Shown: piece by piece, positions 55,641-60,833 of the stretch
How the letters are laid out: every line of letters begins with the position of its first letter
How positions within the stretch are numbered: position 1 is the first letter of the stretch
NCBI GenBank assembly: GCA_035477615.1
Contig: DATIKJ010000041.1
Coordinates: 1-60,833, forward strand
Length of the DNA: 60,833 bases
Direction of reading: 5' to 3'
From: Spirochaetia bacterium
Lineage (GTDB): Bacteria > Patescibacteriota > Microgenomatia > UBA1400 > MFAQ01
The notes under the pieces: generated by a model
Seen by the model: only the letters and a program-made list of their open reading frames with translations
Databases searched by the model: none
Told to the model about the DNA's origin: nothing
Position numbers and translations under genes: made by a program

Positions 55641-55710
55641 AGATAATATTAGAATATATTAGATGATTTTAGAAGATATTAGATAATACGAGGTTATTTT
55701 AGATATTTTT
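55641..55710. repeat. Seven tandem 10-bp units (AGAWRATWTT-like), helically phased
   Basis: AGATAATATT AGAATATATT AGATGATTTT AGAAGATATT AGATAATACG AGGTTATTTT AGATATTTTT. It spans the rarA stop (55694) and the region upstream of dtd. A 13-nt exact copy of ATATTAGATGATT (55656-55668) recurs at 55536-55548, on the dtd start codon. Confidence 0.6.
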
Positions 55711-56842
55711 TGTTTTTTAATTGGTCAGGTAGCAAACTTTCTTCGGTGTACATTTTGTAGTCTTTTCCATAGCCTAGTTTTTTCATTAGCTTGGTAGAAG
55801 CGTTGCGCAGATTTAAAGGAATGGGAAGATTGCCAAATTTTTGGACATCATCTAAAGCTCTTAAGTAGCCTTCGTATATAGAACGATCTTTGGGAGATTT
55901 GGCAAGATAGACGGCTCCAGCGGCTAAGTTTTCTCGGCATTCTGGATAGCCTATTTGTTGGCATGCTTGGAATACGGCATTGGTAACCACTAATGCTGTG
56001 GGTGTGGCGACATCTTCACTGGCAAAAATAACCATTCGGCGAGCAATAAAAAGAGGATCTTCTCCTGAGTCTACAAGACGGGCAAGATAATATAGAGCGG
56101 CATCGGGATTACTGGCTCTCATGGACTTAATGAAGGCAGAGATGGTGTTGTAGTGCTCTTCTCCTTGTTTATCAAATCTTAAGAATCTTGATTGAAGAGC
56201 AGTTTTGAAGTTATCAATAGTGAGCTTTTCATATAGAGAGGCAGTTGACTCGATAAGTCCAATGGCCTGACGTGCATCGCCATTGGCAAACGTGGCGAGC
56301 CAGTCTTTGCATTCTTTATTAATTTTTAGTTTGAGAGCCTTGGTGGCTCTAGTGATAATTTTTTCAATTTCTGCTGGTGAGAGTTCTTTGAGAACAAAGA
56401 CTCTTAGACGAGAAAGGAGTGGGGCAATTATTTCAAAACTGGGATTTTCTGTGGTGGCTCCGATGAGGGTAAGTTTGCCTCTTTCCACAAAAGGAAGAAG
56501 ATAGTCTTGCTGGGCTTTGTTAAAACGGTGAATCTCGTCTAGAAATAAAACAACTGGCTTGATTGTATCCTCGGTGTTTTTGAGGATAGATCTGATGTCG
56601 TCCTTACCAGCGGAGACAGCAGAAAGCTCGTAGAAGTCGGCGTCGATGGCGTCTGAGTAGATACGGGCAATGGTAGTCTTACCAGTACCCGGAGGACCCC
56701 AGAGGACAAAAGAAAAGATGTGCTTGTTTTTTATGGCTTGGCTAAGAGGTTTGCCCTCACCCACAAGATGATCTTGTCCAATATACTCGGTGATGTTTTT
56801 GGGGCGAATTTTTGAAGCTAATGGTTCAATTAAATTGGACAT
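55694..56842 (-). CDS. rarA: Replication-associated recombination protein A (MgsA/RarA AAA+ ATPase)
   Basis: [43 protein letters not shown], and a C-terminal MgsA domain ([10 protein letters not shown]). Confidence 0.92.
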   Translation of the reverse strand: MSNLIEPLASKIRPKNITEYIGQDHLVGEGKPLSQAIKNKHIFSFVLWGPPGTGKTTIARIYSDAIDADFYELSAVSAGKDDIRSILKNTEDTIKPVVLFLDEIHRFNKAQQDYLLPFVERGKLTLIGATTENPSFEIIAPLLSRLRVFVLKELSPAEIEKIITRATKALKLKINKECKDWLATFANGDARQAIGLIESTASLYEKLTIDNFKTALQSRFLRFDKQGEEHYNTISAFIKSMRASNPDAALYYLARLVDSGEDPLFIARRMVIFASEDVATPTALVVTNAVFQACQQIGYPECRENLAAGAVYLAKSPKDRSIYEGYLRALDDVQKFGNLPIPLNLRNASTKLMKKLGYGKDYKMYTEESLLPDQLKNKKYLK

Positions 56843-56965
56843 GTTCGGTGTTTGTTTGGGTAAGAATAGTGTAAAAGAAAAGCCAAACTATGTCAATGGG
56901 AAGCAGTCGTTATTGAGTGAACACGAAATCTTTATTATGGGCTTAATATATGTAAAAGTCAATAG

Positions 56966-56994
56966 TTGAAAAACGTATTTTTATGAGTTATGAT
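56966..56994 (+). promoter_or_regulatory. Sigma70-type promoter (TTGAAA-17 nt-TATGAT)
   Basis: TTGAAA at 56966-56971, 17-nt spacer, TATGAT at 56989-56994. This predicts an approximately 100-nt leader before the 59-aa ORF. Confidence 0.4.
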
Positions 56995-57104
56995 CAGCGC
57001 AGTAAAACACCGTAGAGTAGAACATTGACTAAGTTACTGGCCAAGTTGGCTCTTTAAATAATTCGACAGCGGATACCCCCATTGCCCCTTGAAAGGAGGC
57101 TCTA

Positions 57105-57284
57105 ATGCTACCAGATGGTTCTCAGACTGATCCAAAAAAAGAAGAGAGAGAAACAGAAAAAGTGAGTGTGTTAACAGCTGAAGAATTGAAAAGATTACGA
57201 GAAAAATATCCATCTGAAATAGCGGGGACAGCAGAATGGCTGAACAGAGTTCAGCACGAGGTCTTGTCTGACACAAAGAAATAG
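57105..57284 (+). CDS. Small hypothetical protein (59 aa), absent from the ORF track
   Basis: ATG at 57105 preceded by GAAAGGAGG (GGAGG at 57095-57099, 5-nt spacer). Translation: MLPDGSQTDPKKEERETEKVSVLTAEELKRLREKYPSEIAGTAEWLNRVQHEVLSDTKK. A terminator follows 33 nt downstream. Confidence 0.55.
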   Translation: MLPDGSQTDPKKEERETEKVSVLTAEELKRLREKYPSEIAGTAEWLNRVQHEVLSDTKK

Positions 57285-57316
57285 ATTTCTTTTATATCTT
57301 TGTTGTATGTATAAAT

Positions 57317-57341
57317 AACCAGTCCGAATGGGCTGGTTTTT
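57317..57341 (+). terminator. Rho-independent terminator
   Basis: AACCAGTCC-gaat-GGGCTGGTT (9 bp including one G-U) followed by a T run. Confidence 0.6.
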
Positions 57342-57365
57342 CTTGCGTTGTAGCCGTGAACAATA

Positions 57366-57626
57366 ATGACGTCCCGGCAAGTAAATCACTTTTTGCTCAA
57401 GTATATGTATGAGGATAACTGGCAAAGAGAGGGAAAGGAAAATTATGTGCCGGTATCTTTTGAACAATACGACAGAGTTCTCAAGCTACTTGGGATGAAG
57501 GAACAGTATCGAGAGTCTTATACCATCCCCTATCTAATAGAGCTGTGGAGAAAAGATTTTGGCCTTACCGACGAAGAACTGGCTTGTTTCAGATCGACTG
57601 GAATTATCGTCGCGCAGAAAGAATAA
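57366..57626 (+). CDS. Hypothetical protein (86 aa)
   Basis: ATG ORF with no clear SD and no recognised motif. Its 3' end overlaps the convergent membrane-protein gene by 23 nt. Confidence 0.4.
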   Translation: MTSRQVNHFLLKYMYEDNWQREGKENYVPVSFEQYDRVLKLLGMKEQYRESYTIPYLIELWRKDFGLTDEELACFRSTGIIVAQKE

Positions 57627-57948
57627 GTAAAATTCCTGAAATAATAAGGGGAAGAAAAATAATTAGACCCAGAAAGAGAGATTGTAGCTCGGCAGAAATA
57701 GCAAAGAGAATAAAAAGTATTGTACCAATGATGGTAAGAATTAGGCCGCCGATGTAGGGATATTTCAAACCTATTATGCCAAGAACAATGATGGGAATTA
57801 TCTGCAGAATATGACTAATTCCGGAAATATCTCCTCCTACAGTTTCTCCAACAAGGAATATGAGGAAAAATAGCGTGGGTATAAGCAAAAAGGATAGACC
57901 TATTGCTTTTAATCTCTTGTTTTCTCCAGCTAGTTTCTTTGGCTTCAT
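57604..57948 (-). CDS. Hypothetical membrane protein (114 aa, about 4 TM)
   Basis: Strongly hydrophobic with regular TM-length segments after the basic N-terminus MKPKKLAGENKRLK. Confidence 0.55.
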   Translation of the reverse strand: MKPKKLAGENKRLKAIGLSFLLIPTLFFLIFLVGETVGGDISGISHILQIIPIIVLGIIGLKYPYIGGLILTIIGTILFILFAISAELQSLFLGLIIFLPLIISGILLILSARR

Positions 57949-58160
57949 TTAATCTCATTATGAACACATATGGGTGTCCGGTCAAATAAAACGTCTAATG
58001 TATATTTGTTAGATGAAGTTGAAAAAGGGTTGGTAACTTTTGGTTTCCACCCTGAAAGACGAGTTTTTGCTGTGAGATTAATGAAGAAGAAAGAGGCAAT
58101 TGGGTTAAGGGATTTAATTAGGTTCAGAATTTACTCTTGATATATAATAGGTGACGATAT

Positions 58161-58231
58161 TGTGGGATCTGCTAAAGGTAGGCAAGTGGACTCTGAATCC
58201 ATTAATCTAGGTTCGATTCCTAGTCCCACAA
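58161..58231 (+). tRNA. tRNA-Gln (anticodon CUG)
   Basis: Hand-folded. Acceptor TGTGGGA/TCCCACA (U1-A72, as in bacterial tRNA-Gln); D arm TGCT/GGCA; anticodon stem GTGGA/TCCAT with loop CTCTGAA; T arm CTAGG-TTCGATT-CCTAG; discriminator A. No encoded CCA. Confidence 0.88.
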
Positions 58232-58300
58232 CACTTCGGGATTTATTATTATATTTTGTGTATTGATGAATTTTCTAATTCAGTGTATTAGTATTATTTT

Positions 58301-58687
58301 ATGAGTACATTAGAAAAAGTAAAAAATATGCTTTTGTGGGGTTTTGTTTTGTGGCTTGTTGGATATATTGCGGGAATGGTGTTGTTTTTTGTTGTCCCTA
58401 AAGACCTTATTGGATGGGTTATTTCCCCTTTTGCATCGATATTTACTATTTGGGTATTGATGAAAAAAGTAAGACGACCAGAATTATTGTGTTATTTTGG
58501 GACCGGGTTAATCTGGACTGTGATGGCTGTAGTGCTTGACTATATTTTTATTGTAATGATGCTTAAGACTGGTAATTCCTATTACAAACCTGATGTCTTC
58601 TTATATTATTTTTTAACCTTCACTTTGCCAATCATCGTTGGTTATTGGAAATATAAAAACAAACCGCCAAAAGCTGAACTTTTTTAG
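58301..58687 (+). CDS. Hypothetical membrane protein (128 aa, 4 TM)
   Basis: Hydrophobic ORF with ATG start. First gene downstream of tRNA-Gln. Confidence 0.55.
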   Translation: MSTLEKVKNMLLWGFVLWLVGYIAGMVLFFVVPKDLIGWVISPFASIFTIWVLMKKVRRPELLCYFGTGLIWTVMAVVLDYIFIVMMLKTGNSYYKPDVFLYYFLTFTLPIIVGYWKYKNKPPKAELF

Positions 58688-58702
58688 GTCATTGGATTAT
58701 CT

Positions 58703-59143
58703 ATGAGCGAAATATATAACGATTTATTTGCCACATTCTCCGATAGTTTGGAGGCATTTATTCGTGAAGTGAAAAGTAAGAAATCCAGTTTAATGGCAAC
58801 TGATGAATGGACAGTCAAAGAAGAGCTTTGCCATATTGTTTTTTGGCATGAAAATTATGCTGCAATTTACAAAGCACTTGCCGAATACAAAGACCCTCCA
58901 CTACCTGAAGGGATGTCTACCATAAATATGGCAGGAGTATTGTTACTGAGAAAACATTCGATTAAAGAACTGATAAGTAGATTGCATAAAGCTAACAAAT
59001 CACTCTACGATAGTATTGTTGTTAAGAAAGTGCCCCGAATGACATATAGTAAAGGCGGACGCACTTATGAGACTGTCGACTTTTTGGAAATGATCGCCAG
59101 ACATATAAACACTCATGCGAAGCAGGTTAGAAAGGCCAAATAA
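58703..59143 (+). CDS. DinB/ClbS-like four-helix-bundle protein (putative)
   Basis: WTVKEELCHIVFWHENYAAIYKAL and a C-terminal IARHINTHAKQV resemble the His-containing helices of DinB-superfamily proteins. Low certainty. Confidence 0.45.
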   Translation: MSEIYNDLFATFSDSLEAFIREVKSKKSSLMATDEWTVKEELCHIVFWHENYAAIYKALAEYKDPPLPEGMSTINMAGVLLLRKHSIKELISRLHKANKSLYDSIVVKKVPRMTYSKGGRTYETVDFLEMIARHINTHAKQVRKAK

Positions 59144-59145
59144 TT

Positions 59146-59397
59146 ATGACCAATCCATTAACAATTATCCCCGGAATTGGTAAATCTATTGCTGAAGATT
59201 TGCGAAATATTGGGATCCGTTCTGTTGAAGATTTGAGAGGAAAAGATCCGGAACAACTGTATGCAGATTCCAACAAATATGAAGGGGAAATTCAAGACAG
59301 ATGTCTACTTTATGTTTTTCGGGAAGCGGTCTATTTTGCCGAAAATACAAAACATGATCCAGAAAAATTGAAATGGTGGAATTGGAAGGATAAATAA
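59146..59397 (+). CDS. Helix-hairpin-helix domain protein (Cdd1-like)
   Basis: LTIIPGIGKSIAEDLRNIGIRSVEDLRGKDPEQLY is a typical HhH motif. 83 aa, 2 nt after the previous stop. Confidence 0.65.
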   Translation: MTNPLTIIPGIGKSIAEDLRNIGIRSVEDLRGKDPEQLYADSNKYEGEIQDRCLLYVFREAVYFAENTKHDPEKLKWWNWKDK

Positions 59398-59421
59398 CTA
59401 TTAATTATTAAATACGATATT

Positions 59422-59598
59422 ATGCCAAAAAAAATTGATTCAAATACACGGTTCTTTATCGACCTTGATATCGAAATGAAAAAAGTAATCAGCTGGGATT
59501 ATGGACAAAGGCAGGAATTAGAACAGATATTACCCAACCCATATCACCGTAGGATTTTTATCACCAAAGGCCAATATAACAAGCTGGAAAAAAATTAA
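59422..59598 (+). CDS. Possible small protein (58 aa), absent from the ORF track
   Basis: ATG at 59422, TAA at 59596-59598. Translation: MPKKIDSNTRFFIDLDIEMKKVISWDYGQRQELEQILPNPYHRRIFITKGQYNKLEKN. It fills an otherwise empty 210-nt gap in a same-strand gene string. No SD. Confidence 0.35.
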   Translation: MPKKIDSNTRFFIDLDIEMKKVISWDYGQRQELEQILPNPYHRRIFITKGQYNKLEKN

Positions 59599-59607
59599 TA
59601 ACACACT

Positions 59608-60105
59608 ATGGCTAGAGCTCAAAATAAAAAACAATTATTAGATTTCGGGAAAATAGAATTTGACAGGCTAATACAGTTAGTGAGTTCACTTAATTCAGAT
59701 CAGCGTGATAAAGAATTTGTTTTTGATAATCGGACAGCTAAGGACATTATCGCTCATCTGTTGGCTTGGCAATTACTGGAGTTAACTTGGTATCAAGAAG
59801 GAATGAGTGGAATAAAACCTGCTATCCCCGCACCGGGATATACTTTTAAAGATGCACCAAAACTAAATGAAAAACTATATCAGGAATACAAATCAATAAC
59901 TTGGGATAATTTAGTCAAACAATTTACTGCCTCCCATAAAAAACTAATTTCGATCGTTAACAAACACACAGATGAAGAACTTTCCACCAAAAAGAAATAC
60001 GCCTGGACTGGATCTACAAGCATAACGTGTTACTTGGCATCAGCTCTGTCCAGCCACTACGTTTGGGCGATTGATCTGATTCGGAAGCATTTCAAGAATT
60101 ATTGA
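59608..60105 (+). CDS. ClbS/DfsB-family (DUF1706) four-helix-bundle protein
   Basis: KKQLLDFGKIEFDRLIQLV..., AKDIIAHLLAWQLLELTWYQEG, YAWTGSTSI...LSSHYVWAIDLIRKHFK match my recollection of the ClbS/DfsB family pattern. Confidence 0.78.
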   Translation: MARAQNKKQLLDFGKIEFDRLIQLVSSLNSDQRDKEFVFDNRTAKDIIAHLLAWQLLELTWYQEGMSGIKPAIPAPGYTFKDAPKLNEKLYQEYKSITWDNLVKQFTASHKKLISIVNKHTDEELSTKKKYAWTGSTSITCYLASALSSHYVWAIDLIRKHFKNY

Positions 60106-60133
60106 TATTTTTCGCCGCGTAACTATCTAATAA

Positions 60134-60833
60134 TCAATGATTGTAATTAGAGTGATACCTGCTTAGTTTTGTTGCTTCAGCTACTAGAAAAACAATAAAC
60201 GAGGCAAGGAATAGTAGTCCAAGGTCAGCTATGGCTAAATGAGTAAACGAGAAGAATGTCTGGAGAATTGGTATATATAGTATTCCTAGAAGCAAAAGAA
60301 TCGATGCGATGATGGCAAGATTAATGTTTTTGTTAGTAAATAATCCTAAGTGTATGGTTGGTTTTTTGAGTGAACGCATTGAAAGTAGACACCATAGTTG
60401 AGATAAAGACAAGAACACAAACAAAGCAGTTCTGCCTTTAATCTCATTGTCTTGTCCGAATGCCAAAAACGAAACTAGGCCGAGAGCCACCATCGAGACG
60501 GTTATTGTTATTATGAAGTACAACGCATAACGATTAAGAACTGGTTCTTCTCTTTTTCTGGGAGGTTCCGAAAGAATATCATCATGCACTTTTTCAGTTG
60601 CTAAAGCTACATCTGTCACCCCTCCAGTGATAATATTTAACCAAAGAATATGAATGGCTAACAAAGGGAGAGGGAGTCCGAGAATCAAAAAGGTCAGGAG
60701 GGTTAAGCTTTCCGCAACATTAGTAGAGATTAAAAAGAAACTCGTACGTCTGACATTTCGAAATTGAGTTCTACCTTCTTCAATAGCACTAACTATAGAA
60801 GAAAAATTATTGTCAGTTAGAACGATATCTGCG
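60134..60833 (-). CDS. P-type cation-transporting ATPase, C-terminal part (5' end outside the window)
   Basis: The track ORF starts at an internal TTG (60688), but the frame stays open to the window edge. Upstream translation: ADIVLTDNNFSSIVSAIEEGRTQFRNVRRTSFFLISTNVAESLTLLTFLILGLPLPLLAIHILWLNIITGGVTDVALATE, the hinge motif plus Cation_ATPase_C helices. Confidence 0.85.
   Translation of the reverse strand, partial: ADIVLTDNNFSSIVSAIEEGRTQFRNVRRTSFFLISTNVAESLTLLTFLILGLPLPLLAIHILWLNIITGGVTDVALATEKVHDDILSEPPRKREEPVLNRYALYFIITITVSMVALGLVSFLAFGQDNEIKGRTALFVFLSLSQLWCLLSMRSLKKPTIHLGLFTNKNINLAIIASILLLLGILYIPILQTFFSFTHLAIADLGLLFLASFIVFLVAEATKLSRYHSNYNH

Noticed and set aside
55641-55710. Possible CRISPR array or minisatellite
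   Set aside because: The units are only 10 bp with no spacers, so this is not CRISPR. It is kept as a phased tandem repeat (see findings). No CRISPR-like repeat-spacer structure was noticed elsewhere, but this was a by-eye check only.
57002-57104. Known riboswitch class in the leader of the 59-aa ORF
   Set aside because: I compared the leader by eye with the preQ1 and fluoride consensus features I remember and found no match. Only a short palindrome is evident.
57034-57467. Track ORFs 57034-57276 (-) and 57195-57467 (-)
   Set aside because: They are antisense to a + strand mini-gene that has a consensus-like promoter, a GGAGG SD and a terminator. Their translations are low-complexity (Leu/Phe/Ser-rich) and lack start signals.
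58161-60133. Integrative element inserted at tRNA-Gln
   Set aside because: There is no integrase or recombinase ORF, and I found no direct repeat of the tRNA 3' end by eye. It is reported only as a compositionally and organisationally distinct islet.

Overview
Gene-dense, low-GC bacterial chromosome segment, mostly coding and mostly on the minus strand. It uses the standard code: an RF2 gene is present and UGA acts as a stop. Features that look like a reduced Patescibacteria/CPR (Microgenomates-like) genome: many 1-, 4-, 8- and 14-nt stop/start overlaps, short versions of housekeeping proteins, several ArnT/PMT-like polytopic proteins with partner GT2 enzymes, LTD/PEGA/CAP-domain secreted proteins, a 1622-aa surface protein, and almost no metabolism. 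That taxonomic call is inference only. All functional calls rest on motifs I recognise by eye; no searches were run. Layout: (1) 1-11.1 kb, glycosylation super-locus (flippase, PTPS-related protein, three GT2 / polytopic-transferase pairs, with orn embedded). (2) 11.1-18.5 kb, CDGSH protein, trmD, membrane-anchored SagB-like protein, secreted unknowns, rfbA/B/D, CAP-domain protein. (3) 18.5-23.4 kb, giant surface protein. (4) 23.5-30.3 kb, tsaB-tsaE-VanZ-LTD/PEGA-M23-ftsX-ftsE and prfB. (5) 30.4-33.8 kb, MacAB-like efflux operon. (6) 33.8-56.8 kb, housekeeping genes (nfo, cyclophilin, SDR, secA, PBP, serS, greA, tRNA-Glu, macro, DHH, L,D-transpeptidase, rRNA methylase, proS, lgt, lon, dtd, rarA). 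(7) 56.8-60.1 kb, small-gene accessory islet around tRNA-Gln (DinB-like, HhH, ClbS/DfsB), then a truncated P-type ATPase. Three likely ORFs are missing from the supplied track: 1-651 (-), 57105-57284 (+) and 59422-59598 (+). Best leads: an apparently circularly permuted M23 peptidase domain in the FtsEX-coupled hydrolase; the triple GT2/GT-C glycosylation locus; the giant surface protein, with a terminator-containing leader and a C-terminal anchor motif shared with the LTD protein; an ATP-cone/PD-(D/E)XK nuclease fusion; a 10-bp phased tandem repeat; and a self-contained 59-aa mini-gene. No CRISPR array, integrase, transposase or rRNA was seen by eye.
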